A DNA stretch of 45,251 bases from Acidaminococcaceae bacterium (GCA_963592385.1 CAVAWX010000004.1:1-45251); one strand, 5' to 3'. Numbered from the stretch's first letter, positions 7,980 through 16,315 are shown. Made by a program: numbers and translations. The notes: a model not told the origin generated them from the letters alone.

Positions 7980-9263
7980 CTACTTGTCCCAGCCGCGCAA
8001 TATGGTCTGGTCGCGCTCGGCGCCCACGGTGACGATGCTCACGCGCACGCCGGCAAGCTCCTCGAGGAAGGCCACGTAGTCGCGCGCCTCCCTCGGCAGC
8101 TCGTCGAAGCTGCGGCAGCCCGAGATGTCGCAGTTCCAGCCGGGCAGCTCCTCGTAGACCGGTTTCGCATGGTGAAAGGCCGTCTGCTGGCCGGGCACGC
8201 TGGCCCAGTTACGCCCGTCGGCCTCGTAAGCGGTGCAGACCTTGATGGTCTCGAAGGCACCCAGCACGTCGAGCTTGGTGAGCGCGATGTCGGTGAGGCC
8301 GTTGACCTCGGCGGCGTAGCGCACGACCACCGCGTCGTACCAGCCCGTGCGCCGCGCGCGCCCCGTCGTGACGCCCACCTCGCAGCCCACCTCGGCCAGA
8401 CGCGCGCCGCATTCGTCGTCGAGCTCGGTGGGAAACGGCCCGGACCCCACGCGCGTGAGGTAGGACTTGGCCACGCCCACGACGCGCTCGATGGCCACCG
8501 GCCCCACGCCGCTGCCCGTGCAGGCGCCGCCGGCCGTGCAGTTGCTGGAGGTGACGAAGGGGTAGGTGCCGTGGTCGATGTCGAGCTGCGTGGCCTGCGC
8601 CCCCTCGAACAGCACGCGCTTGCCCCCGCGCAGCGCCTCGTTCAAGACGTGGCTGGCGTCGATCACGTGCGGGCGCATGCGCGCGGCAAAGGGCAGGTAC
8701 TCGTCGCAAATCGCGTCCACCGTGTAGCCGGGCAGGCCGTAGACCTTTTCCAGGATGTCGTTTTTCACCGACAGCGCCGCGGCCAGCTTCTCGCGCAGGA
8801 TGTGCTCGTCGAGCAGGTCCTGGACGCGAATGCCGTAGCGGGCGAACTTGTCCTGGTAGCACGGGCCGATGCCGCGCTTGGTCGTGCCGATCTTGTTCTT
8901 GCCCAGACGCGCCTCGTCGGCGCCGTCGAGGTCGAGGTGGTAGGGCATGATCACGTGCGCGTTGCCGGAAATGCGCAGCTTGTCGGTGGCGATGCCCTTG
9001 GCCTCGAGCATGTCCATCTCCTCGACGAGCACGTGCGGGTCGATGACGCAGCCGTTGCCGATCACGGGCGTGACCGCGTCGTACATGATGCCGCTCGGGA
9101 TGAGGTGCAGCGCGAGCTTCGTGTCGCCGTGAATAACGGTGTGGCCGGCGTTGTTGCCGCCCTGGAAGCGCACCACGAAATCGTAGTCGCGCGCGATCAG
9201 GTCCGTGACCTTGCCCTTGCCCTCGTCGCCCCACTGCGTGCCCACAAGGATGGTGCCCGGCAT
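7980..9263 (-). CDS. purA: Adenylosuccinate synthetase
   Basis: 427-aa ORF. Motifs: GTQWGDEGKGK, GGNNAGHTV, TTKRGIGP. AAGGAG sits 5 nt upstream of the ATG. Confidence 0.96.
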   Translation of the reverse strand: MPGTILVGTQWGDEGKGKVTDLIARDYDFVVRFQGGNNAGHTVIHGDTKLALHLIPSGIMYDAVTPVIGNGCVIDPHVLVEEMDMLEAKGIATDKLRISGNAHVIMPYHLDLDGADEARLGKNKIGTTKRGIGPCYQDKFARYGIRVQDLLDEHILREKLAAALSVKNDILEKVYGLPGYTVDAICDEYLPFAARMRPHVIDASHVLNEALRGGKRVLFEGAQATQLDIDHGTYPFVTSSNCTAGGACTGSGVGPVAIERVVGVAKSYLTRVGSGPFPTELDDECGARLAEVGCEVGVTTGRARRTGWYDAVVVRYAAEVNGLTDIALTKLDVLGAFETIKVCTAYEADGRNWASVPGQQTAFHHAKPVYEELPGWNCDISGCRSFDELPREARDYVAFLEELAGVRVSIVTVGAERDQTILRGWDK

Positions 9264-9480
9264 GTCTGCTCCTTTTTTCGTCGGGTGGCGCGCCGCGATC
9301 CTTCACCCGCCCCGCGCATTCGGGATGGGCGGACGTGCGCGCGTGTCTGTCCGCGCAACAGTGTAGCGAATGCACGGGTGCGCCCCGTGTGAAGCCTCGG
9401 TGAAAAAGAGCGCGGCGGGCGAAGCGAGCGGCGCCCCCAGGGTGAAGCGCCGCGGCGTGCATTCGGGGGCGGGCAAGGCA

Positions 9481-9512
9481 GGCGGCGCGCCCAGAGCGAA
9501 GCGCGCGCCGCC
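9481..9512 (-). terminator. GC-rich hairpin directly after the dnaB stop (putative terminator without a U tract)
   Basis: 10-bp perfect stem (GGCGGCGCGC at 9481-9490 pairs with GCGCGCCGCC at 9503-9512). It starts 2 nt after the dnaB stop codon. A second 7-bp hairpin lies at 9428-9453. Confidence 0.45.
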
Positions 9513-9513
9513 C

Positions 9514-10938
9514 CTAGTACTCCTCGTCGTAGCGGTCGTCGGCAAAGGCCATGTTGTCGAAGCGCGTGGAGTTCTCCTTGAACGCCAGGTGCACCGTGCC
9601 GATCGGGCCGCTGCGGTGCTTCGCCACGATCACGTCGGCCACGCCCCAGTCCGGGCGCCCCTCCTGCTCGGCCTCGTTGATCGTCTTGGAGCGGTCGAGG
9701 AACATGACCACGTCGGCGTCTTGCTCGATGGCGCCGGATTCACGCAGGTCCGAGAGTATGGGGCGCTTGTCCTGGCGCGACTCGACGGCACGCGAGAGCT
9801 GCGAGAGCGCGATGATGGGCATGTCGAGCTCCTTGGCCAGAATCTTCAGGCCGCGCGAGATCTCGGCAATCTCGACCTGGCGCGACTCCGTGCGCGAGTT
9901 CTGCGGCTGCATGAGCTGCAGGTAGTCGACGATGATGAGGCCCTTCTCGGGCTCGACCCCGCGCAGCTGCCGGCGCGCCTTCGCGCGCACCTCGAGTATG
10001 GACGCCGAGGGCGTGTCGTCGATCCACAGGCTGAGCTTGGACAGGGTGCCCGACGCCTGGATGAGGCTTTGCCAGTCGGCGGCGCGCAGCCCGCGCCCGG
10101 TCTGGAGCTTCTTGGAGTCGATCTGCGTCTCGGTGGCCAGCACGCGCGAGATGAGCTGCGTGGCCGACATCTCGAGGCTGAAGAAGGCGACGGCGGTGCC
10201 CAGCTGCGCGGCACGCGAGGCGATGTTCAAGGCCAGAGCCGTCTTGCCCACGGACGGACGCGCCGCGAGTATGACCAGATCGCCGCCGCGCAGGCCGCCC
10301 AACAGCTCGTCGAGGTCTTTGAAGCCCGTGCGCACCCCGAGCATGCGCCCGCCGCTTTCGGCCAGGTCGCGCAGCTCCTCGAAGGCCTCGAGCACGAGGG
10401 AGTCGGCGCCCTTGAAGCCGGTGGCCACGCGCTGGTTCGTGACGGAGAAGAGGAGCTTTTCGGACTCCTCCACCACCTCGTCGAGGTCGTCGGGGGCGTC
10501 GTAGCCGATGGCCTGGATGCGGGCGCCCGCGCCGACGAGCGCGCGCAGCAGCGCCTCGCGCTTCACCACGTCGATGTGGTGCGCCCAATTGTCCAGCGCG
10601 TAGTTGTTGGTGCCCAGCTCGATGATGTAGGGGCGCCCGCCGACGGCCTCCAGCTCGCCTTTTGCCTGCAGGCGCGCGGCAAGCGAGATGTGGTCCACGG
10701 GAATGCCCTTGGCCGACAGCTCCTGCATCGCCGTGAAGATCTTGCGGTGCGCCGGACGGTAGAACTCCTCGGCCGTGATCTTGGTGAAGGCCTCTTCGGC
10801 CACCTCGGTGTCGAACATCATGGCCGCGAGCACGGCTTTTTCCGCGTCGATGTTCTGCGGGATGATGCGATCCGCGTTCGGGTTGTTCAAAGGGCGCGGC
10901 TTGGCGGCCGGCCCGGCAGAGTAGGCAAGTTCGGGCAT
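9514..10938 (-). CDS. dnaB: Replicative DNA helicase DnaB
   Basis: 474-aa ORF. N-terminal motif: IPQNIDAEKAVLAAMMF. Walker A: ARPSVGKTALAL. Also IIVDYLQLM and ALSQLSR. No intein-sized insertion. Confidence 0.96.
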   Translation of the reverse strand: MPELAYSAGPAAKPRPLNNPNADRIIPQNIDAEKAVLAAMMFDTEVAEEAFTKITAEEFYRPAHRKIFTAMQELSAKGIPVDHISLAARLQAKGELEAVGGRPYIIELGTNNYALDNWAHHIDVVKREALLRALVGAGARIQAIGYDAPDDLDEVVEESEKLLFSVTNQRVATGFKGADSLVLEAFEELRDLAESGGRMLGVRTGFKDLDELLGGLRGGDLVILAARPSVGKTALALNIASRAAQLGTAVAFFSLEMSATQLISRVLATETQIDSKKLQTGRGLRAADWQSLIQASGTLSKLSLWIDDTPSASILEVRAKARRQLRGVEPEKGLIIVDYLQLMQPQNSRTESRQVEIAEISRGLKILAKELDMPIIALSQLSRAVESRQDKRPILSDLRESGAIEQDADVVMFLDRSKTINEAEQEGRPDWGVADVIVAKHRSGPIGTVHLAFKENSTRFDNMAFADDRYDEEY

Positions 10939-11029
10939 CGTCTCGGTTCCTTTTCGCTGTAGCTTCGTTTTTCGCTACTCTAGCGTGAAGGGCGGATGCG
11001 TTTTCCGCTGAAACGCGCTTTCAACAGCC

Positions 11030-11084
11030 ATTGTGGAATGCGCCCGCGTTCGGCTCCTGCCCGAAAGCCGCGTTATCCACAATT
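11030..11084. promoter_or_regulatory. Convergent DnaA-box-like pair upstream of dnaB
   Basis: An exact TTATCCACA lies at 11073-11081. The opposite-orientation TGTGGAATG (6/9 match to TGTGGATAA) lies at 11032-11040. The arms ATTGTGGA (11030-11037) and TCCACAAT (11077-11084) form an 8-bp inverted repeat 39 nt apart. The site is 92-146 nt upstream of the dnaB ATG. Confidence 0.45.
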
Positions 11085-11262
11085 CCACTGATTTTGCCGC
11101 TTTTTTCGGGGGCGGCCGCCGGCTCCGCCGAGGCTCGCGGCGGGCGAGTTCGGGTTGCGAGCGTCCCACCCCAGCGCCGAGCTCATGCGGCGCCACGTCC
11201 CGGCTGCGCGCGCCCATCACCCCGCACGCGCGCCGCGTTTCACCGCACAACTGCGCCGCGCC

Positions 11263-12144
11263 TCACCTGCGGTCTATCTCGTCGCGGTCGTCGCGCAGGT
11301 CGTTGGGCATGACGCGTATGTCGGTGTAGCCCATCTCGCGCAGGGCCTGCGCCGTGCGCTGCGGCGGCGTGACGTCGGGCTGGAACTTCGCGCAGTACTC
11401 GAGCGCCTGCACGAGGGTGACGTTGTGGTTCAGGTCCGCCATCGTGTCCACGTCGGGCACGTCAGGCAGGTAGAGCGCCGGCAGCCCCAGCGCGTCGGCC
11501 TTCTGGATGTAGGCGGGCAAGACCGTCAGGCCTTGCGGGTTGTAGAAGACGCCCGTGTGGTCGAAGGCGGTGTCGCGCGTCCACCCCACGATGGAGACGC
11601 CCATCTCCTGGTCGGGCGCCACCACGATGCCGCCGCCGGGCCGTCCGCACAGCTCGTGCAGGCGCGCGAAGCCCTCCTCCACCACCGTACGCCGCAGCGC
11701 CGGCATGTCGCAGCCCATGGAGAGCACCGTGTCGTAGCCGCGGGCAAAGACCTGCGCAAACGCGTCGTTGTAATGCTCGTCGAAGCTGGCGCCGTCGTCG
11801 TGGATGAAGAAGAGGCGGCGCGGCCACTTCCCGCTTTCGGCAAACAGCGCGCGCATCTGCCGCTCCTGGTCGGCGCCCGGCGAGGAGATGAAAATGTCGT
11901 ACTCGTCGTGGACGGGGACGCTCTCGCAGGTGCCCTCCATCGCGCGGCGCTCGAGGTCGGCCCGCTCGAGGTCCGTGCAGGCGTCGCAGCAGATCTCGAC
12001 CACGTCGAAGAGCATGCAGTGGTAGAGCGCGGAGGCCGTCTCGGGCGGAAAGAACCCGTCCTTTATCGGCGTGAGGCGCGTCTTCACCTTGCCCGACGCG
12101 GGGACCTTGGAAAAGAGGAGGATGGCGTTTCTTCTCGTGTTCAT
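11263..12144 (-). CDS. DUF2064-like (MobA/CofC-fold) putative nucleotidyl- or glycosyl-transferase
   Basis: This is the C-terminal 293 aa of track ORF 11263..13230, with the ATG at 12144. The N-terminal AILLFSKVPASGKVKTRL motif is typical of the DUF2064 family. The upstream part of the track ORF is an Arg/His-rich shadow frame over the permease gene. Confidence 0.7.
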   Translation of the reverse strand: MNTRRNAILLFSKVPASGKVKTRLTPIKDGFFPPETASALYHCMLFDVVEICCDACTDLERADLERRAMEGTCESVPVHDEYDIFISSPGADQERQMRALFAESGKWPRRLFFIHDDGASFDEHYNDAFAQVFARGYDTVLSMGCDMPALRRTVVEEGFARLHELCGRPGGGIVVAPDQEMGVSIVGWTRDTAFDHTGVFYNPQGLTVLPAYIQKADALGLPALYLPDVPDVDTMADLNHNVTLVQALEYCAKFQPDVTPPQRTAQALREMGYTDIRVMPNDLRDDRDEIDRR

Positions 12145-12215
12145 GCGTCCGATGCGCGCCCTTCGCCCTTCGCCCTTCGCCTGCGCCCCGCGTCTTTCAC
12201 CCCGCGCCGCTCGCG

Positions 12216-13049
12216 CTACAAGACGTCGGGGATCTCCTTGCGCAGGCGCGAGAAGACGAAGATGCCGATGAAGACGGTGGCGATGACGGTGCCCACGCCG
12301 CAGAAGAAGAAGCTGGGGTCTTGCCAGATCCAGCCGTTCGTCCCGTGGACGACCGAGCCGTTCGCGAACACCATGCGGTAGCTCTGCACGATGAAGGTGA
12401 CGGGGTTGAACAGCAGCGCCGTCTGCACCGCGTGGTAGGGGATGGCGTTCACGTCGAAGATGACGCCGGAGAGCCAGAAGAGGATCGTGCTGAGCGTCGC
12501 GATGAGGTTCGAGACGTCTTTGCTGATGGCCGACAGCGGCGAGGTCATGAGCGAGTAGCCCACCGAGAACACGTACATGATCACCATGAGCAGCGGCAGC
12601 TGCAGGAAGTAGACGTCGAAGGTGCCGCCGCACAGCACGTACATGATGAAAAGCGCGGCCATGAGCAGCAGATGCAGGAACATCAGCGAGAGCATGTGGA
12701 AGACCGGGATGAGCGCGACGGGGAACTTCAGCTTGTTCACCAGATAGGCGTACTGGTTGAAGACGTGCGAGCCCTGGTTGATGGTGTCTTGGAGGAAGAA
12801 CCACGGCATGATGCCCGAAGCCAGCCATATCAGGTACTCGGCGCCCGTCATGTTGCCGCCGGAGGCGCGCATCCCGAGGAAGAGCGCGAACCAGAAGCAG
12901 AAGATGTACATGGCCGGCTTCAGGAACAGCCACGCCCATCCGAACACCGTGTTTTGCGTCTGGCGGCGCAGCGAGATATAGGCCAGGTGCCACACTTGCT
13001 TGTGCCAGGCGCCGAGGTCTTTGAACATCTGCACGAACGTGGACCACAT
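12216..13049 (-). CDS. ABC-2 type polysaccharide/teichoic-acid export permease (TagG/Wzm-like)
   Basis: 277-aa ORF with about 6 hydrophobic helices, and aromatic-rich like ABC-2 permeases. It starts 6 nt after the stop of the ATPase gene. Confidence 0.85.
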   Translation of the reverse strand: MWSTFVQMFKDLGAWHKQVWHLAYISLRRQTQNTVFGWAWLFLKPAMYIFCFWFALFLGMRASGGNMTGAEYLIWLASGIMPWFFLQDTINQGSHVFNQYAYLVNKLKFPVALIPVFHMLSLMFLHLLLMAALFIMYVLCGGTFDVYFLQLPLLMVIMYVFSVGYSLMTSPLSAISKDVSNLIATLSTILFWLSGVIFDVNAIPYHAVQTALLFNPVTFIVQSYRMVFANGSVVHGTNGWIWQDPSFFFCGVGTVIATVFIGIFVFSRLRKEIPDVL

Positions 13050-13055
13050 AGCCGC

Positions 13056-13940
13056 TCAGTCCTTCTCGTAGAAATCGATGGCGTCTTGAATGGGGCCGTC
13101 GAAGAGCTTCTGGCCGTGCCGGATGACGATGCCGCGTTCGCAGAACTGGCGCGCCGCGTCGGAGGCGTGGGTGACGAAGAGAACCGTCACATGGCTGTCG
13201 GCCATGATCTCCTTCACGCGCGCACGGCATTTCGCGGAAAACTCGCGGTCGCCCACGGACAGCGCCTCGTCGACGACGAGGATGTCGGGGTTGATGCTGG
13301 AGGCGAAGGCAAAGCCCAGACGAGCGCGCATGCCCGAGGAATAGGTGCGCATGGGCTGGTCGATGTAGGAGCCCAGGTCGGCGAACTCGATGATGCTCGG
13401 CTCGAGCTTGCTGGCTTCCTCTTTGGAAAGCCCCCAGATCTGGGAGCGCAGGTAGATGTTCTGGCGGCCCGTCAGGCCGTTGTCGAAGCCGGCGCCCAGC
13501 TCCAGCAGCGCCGAGACGCGGCCGTTCACCGTGATGTCGCCCTCGTTGGGATAGACCACGCCGGTGATCATCTTCAAGGCGGTGGACTTGCCCGCGCCGT
13601 TGGGGCCCAGGAAGGCGACGGCCTCGCCCTGGCGGATCTGGAAGCTCAGGTCGTTGTTGGCGCAGACCTCCTCGTAGGGGATGCGCTTGAAGAGCAGGCC
13701 GAGGATGCGCGCGCGGTCGTTGGCGTAGAGCCTGTAGCGCTTCGTCACGTCCTTGAACTCGACGGCGATGGGGCGCTCGGAGCCAGCATCGGCGGCGAGT
13801 TCACCGGCGGCATCTGGCGCAGCGGCATCAAGCGAGGCGTCGGCAGACGGCGTGCCGTCCGCGCCCTCGCGGTTCTCGGAGCTCGTATGTTCAAGGTCTT
13901 CGGGCAAATGTCTCTCCTCGACGACACACACTCGAAACAT
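13056..13940 (-). CDS. ABC transporter ATP-binding protein (TagH/Wzt-like) with an acidic N-terminal extension of about 55 aa
   Basis: This is the C-terminal 294 aa of track ORF 13056..14336. Walker A: GPNGAGKST. Signature: YSSGMRARL. Walker B: ILVVDEAL. The ATG at 13940 lies 8 nt after a strong promoter, which suggests a leaderless mRNA. An alternative TTG start sits 11 codons downstream, behind GAGGAG. Confidence 0.85.
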   Translation of the reverse strand: MFRVCVVEERHLPEDLEHTSSENREGADGTPSADASLDAAAPDAAGELAADAGSERPIAVEFKDVTKRYRLYANDRARILGLLFKRIPYEEVCANNDLSFQIRQGEAVAFLGPNGAGKSTALKMITGVVYPNEGDITVNGRVSALLELGAGFDNGLTGRQNIYLRSQIWGLSKEEASKLEPSIIEFADLGSYIDQPMRTYSSGMRARLGFAFASSINPDILVVDEALSVGDREFSAKCRARVKEIMADSHVTVLFVTHASDAARQFCERGIVIRHGQKLFDGPIQDAIDFYEKD

Positions 13941-13948
13941 GAAGAGGG

Positions 13949-13976
13949 ATTCTACCACGCGCCCTCTTTCAGGCAA
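13949..13976 (-). promoter_or_regulatory. Sigma-70-like promoter for the TagH-like gene, probably giving a leaderless transcript
   Basis: On the minus strand: TTGCCT (13976-13971), a 16-nt spacer ending in TGG, then TAGAAT (13954-13949). The -10 box ends 8 nt before the ATG at 13940. Confidence 0.5.
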
Positions 13977-14028
13977 TATGCGCGGGAAAGTATGTGCCGC
14001 GGGCGTGTAGATTTGATGGTGAAGGAGC

Positions 14029-14757
14029 TCAGCCCAGGTGAATGGCCTCGACGGCCTGCGCGGCCAGTCGGGCGGTCTCCTCGTCGGGGCCGTCGGCCAG
14101 CTCCTCGAGCGGCTCCAGCGCCTCGAGCGCCTTGAGGTTCGCGAGCGCCTCGATGGCGTAGCGCACGGTCCACTCCGACGGATCTTCGAGCAGCTCGATG
14201 CAGGTGCCGACCGTCTCCTTGTCGAAGGGCAGATGCCCGAGCGACCACACCGCCGCGCCGCGCAGGGCGTCGATGCCGGGGTCTTCCGCGAGCACGGACA
14301 GGAGATGGCGGCGCGCGCGCTCGGCCAGCGCCACATGGGCGGAGATGTCGCTGTGGGGCTTCTCGCAGCGCTCGCCTATGGCCGTGGCCGCCGCGATGCG
14401 CACGTGGTCGGGGCGCGAGAGGTCGCCCAGCAGGTCGAGCACCGCGTCCAGACAGCGCCGCGCGTCGATTTGCCCGAGCGCCCACACGCAGTTGGCCGCC
14501 GTCTGCTCGCACGGGTCTTTCACCCCTTCGAGCAGCGGTTCCAAGGCGCGCTCGTCGTTCATCACCCCGAGGGCCGCGGCGCAGGTGGTGCGCACCTCGT
14601 CCACGGGGTCGAACAGCGCCACCACGACGGGCGCGAAGGCGGCAGGGCCGGCCGTGCGCGCGAGCCCCATGACGGCCAGCGCGCGCGCCTTGGGGTCGTC
14701 GTCTTTGGTGAACTCGACGAGCATCTCGAAACTCTGGGTCTGGTCTGGCTGGGACAT
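14029..14757 (-). CDS. HEAT-repeat (PBS-lyase-like) protein
   Basis: 242 aa from the ATG at 14757 (MSQPDQ). It has six repeats of the D-x-x-V-R-x-x-A-x-x-A-L-G type, for example DPVDEVRTTCAAALG and RPDHVRIAAATAIG. The upstream part of the track ORF is Arg-rich and not credible. Confidence 0.75.
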   Translation of the reverse strand: MSQPDQTQSFEMLVEFTKDDDPKARALAVMGLARTAGPAAFAPVVVALFDPVDEVRTTCAAALGVMNDERALEPLLEGVKDPCEQTAANCVWALGQIDARRCLDAVLDLLGDLSRPDHVRIAAATAIGERCEKPHSDISAHVALAERARRHLLSVLAEDPGIDALRGAAVWSLGHLPFDKETVGTCIELLEDPSEWTVRYAIEALANLKALEALEPLEELADGPDEETARLAAQAVEAIHLG

Positions 14758-14898
14758 CTTCACGCTCTTTCTGAAAGGATGTCGGGCTGGTGAAACGGGC
14801 GGGCGGGCGTCGCGGGTATGGGCGCGGGCCGCAATGCGCGCAGCGAACATGCAGCGGGCAAACGCGACAGGCAGCAGCGCGGCGCCGGACAAGCATGG

Positions 14899-14973
14899 TG
14901 GTGGGCGATGTAGGGTTCGAACCTACGGCCTTCTGCGTGTAAAGCAGCTGCGCTACCACTGCGCCAATCGCCC
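14899..14973 (-). tRNA. tRNA-Val (anticodon TAC), CCA encoded
   Basis: Manual cloverleaf of 75 nt. Acceptor GGGCGAT/ATCGCCC, D arm GCGC-AGTGGTA-GCGC, anticodon loop TTTACAC, T arm GTAGG-TTCGAAC-CCTAC, then A plus CCA. There is one G-A mismatch at the top of the anticodon stem. Confidence 0.9.
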
Positions 14974-14986
14974 ATGCACGCGCGGC

Positions 14987-14992
14987 ATTATA
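14987..14992 (-). promoter_or_regulatory. Candidate -10 box (TATAAT) for tRNA-Val
   Basis: Consensus TATAAT on the minus strand, ending 13 nt upstream of the mature tRNA 5' end. Confidence 0.5.
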
Positions 14993-15036
14993 CCCGTCCC
15001 GCACGCAGGCCGTCGCGACGCGGGCGCCCCATAGCA

Positions 15037-15101
15037 GCGGCGGCGGGGCTGCGACGCGCGGGGCCGCACCGCGCGAAACCCTGCGGCGGCGGCGGGGCTG
15101 C
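15037..15101. repeat. 16-nt direct repeat pair flanking a hairpin, downstream of asd
   Basis: GCGGCGGCGGGGCTGC occurs at 15037-15052 and again at 15086-15101. A 6-bp hairpin (GCGCGG/CCGCGC) lies between the copies. Confidence 0.6.
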
Positions 15102-15139
15102 AATGCGCCACGCGAGTGCCTGGCGCCGGCGGCCCCCCT

Positions 15140-16165
15140 TTACGGCAGCAGGGCCTCGGCGATCTGGACGGCGTTGAGCGCGGCGCCCTTGCGCACCTGG
15201 TCCATGACCAGCCAAAAGGCCAGCCCGTTTTCCACCGTGCGGTCCGCGCGGATGCGCCCGACGAACACCTCGTCTGTGCCCTGCTTCAGGCCGGGCATGG
15301 GATAGACCAGCTGCTCGTAGTCGTCTTCGACCGCCACGCCCGGGGCGGCGGCCAGCACCTCGCGGGCGCGCTCGGGCGAGATGGGCTCGTTGAACTCCAC
15401 GTTGAGCGATTCGGCATGGCAGCGCAAGACGGGCACGCGCACGCAGGTGGGCGCGACCTGGATGGCATCGTCGCCGAAGATCTTCTGCGTCTCGACGACC
15501 ATCTTCCACTCTTCTTTGTAGTAGCCGTCTTCGACCGGCACGTCGATGTGGGGAATGACGTTGAAGGCGATCTGGTCGCTGAAAGCGGATATGGACAGCG
15601 GGCGCTCGTCCAAGAACTCGCGCGTCTGGTTGTAGAGCTCGTCCATGCCCTTCGCGCCCGCGCCGCTTGCCGCCTGGTAGGTGGACACGACGATGCGACG
15701 GATGCCGCCGGCCGCGTCGGCAAGCGCCTTCAAGGGCACGACCATCTCGATCGTCGAGCAGTTGGGGTTGGCGATGACGCCGGAATGCCAGGCCAGGTCG
15801 TGCGCGTTCACCTCGGGCACCACCAGCGGCACGTCCGGGTCCTGGCGAAACGCGCTGGAGTTGTCGATCATCACCGCGCCAGCCGCGACCACGGCCTCGC
15901 GGAAGCTCTTGGACACGGACGCGCCCGCGCTGAACAGCGCGATGTCGACGTCGGTGAAGCTGTCCTCGCGCATCTCCTCGACGGCAAGCTCGCCGCCCGC
16001 GAAGGGCAGCTTTTGGCCGGCCGAGCGCGCCGAGGCAAGGGCGCGGACCTCGGCGGCGGGAAAATCGCGCTGCTCGAGCACCTTCAGCATCTCGCGGCCG
16101 ACGGCGCCGGTCGCCCCGCACACAGCCACGACCGGGCGTGCGGGCATGTTCTTCGTCCAGCTCAT
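15140..16165 (-). CDS. asd: Aspartate-semialdehyde dehydrogenase
   Basis: Track ORF 15140..16204. Motifs: VAVCGATGAVG, NPNCSTI, AASGAG. I chose the ATG at 16165 (MSWTKN) because GAGGAG lies 5 nt upstream. ATGs at 16204, 16180 and 16147 are alternatives. Confidence 0.92.
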   Translation of the reverse strand: MSWTKNMPARPVVAVCGATGAVGREMLKVLEQRDFPAAEVRALASARSAGQKLPFAGGELAVEEMREDSFTDVDIALFSAGASVSKSFREAVVAAGAVMIDNSSAFRQDPDVPLVVPEVNAHDLAWHSGVIANPNCSTIEMVVPLKALADAAGGIRRIVVSTYQAASGAGAKGMDELYNQTREFLDERPLSISAFSDQIAFNVIPHIDVPVEDGYYKEEWKMVVETQKIFGDDAIQVAPTCVRVPVLRCHAESLNVEFNEPISPERAREVLAAAPGVAVEDDYEQLVYPMPGLKQGTDEVFVGRIRADRTVENGLAFWLVMDQVRKGAALNAVQIAEALLP

Positions 16166-16242
16166 ATCTGCTCCTCGCATGTCGTGCGATCTGTTGTTCC
16201 GCATGATGTCGCGCGGCTCATCCGGGCGCGGCGCGGGTTTTC

Positions 16243-16271
16243 ATTCTTTTCCTTTTCCCCGCGCTTTTCAA
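16243..16271 (-). promoter_or_regulatory. Sigma-70-like promoter for asd
   Basis: On the minus strand: TTGAAA (16271-16266), a 17-nt spacer, then AAGAAT (16248-16243). It lies about 80 nt upstream of the asd start. Confidence 0.5.
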
Positions 16272-16315
16272 GAAGGAGCCGGGCAAGCGCGGCGGCACCG
16301 CCCGCACGCGCCACG

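Noticed and set aside
10939-11262. A small RNA gene (for example 6S-like) in the 324-nt dnaB upstream gap. Also track ORF 10975..11250.
   Set aside because: I could not see a long closed hairpin with a central bubble, or a promoter-terminator pair. The ORF is Arg-rich and implausible.
10939-14898. A tRNA-Val-linked genomic island with att duplication.
   Set aside because: I looked for a copy of the tRNA 3' end (TGGTGGGCGATGTAGGG on the plus strand) near the dnaB-proximal end of the cluster and found none. There is no integrase gene. Only a by-eye GC difference remains.
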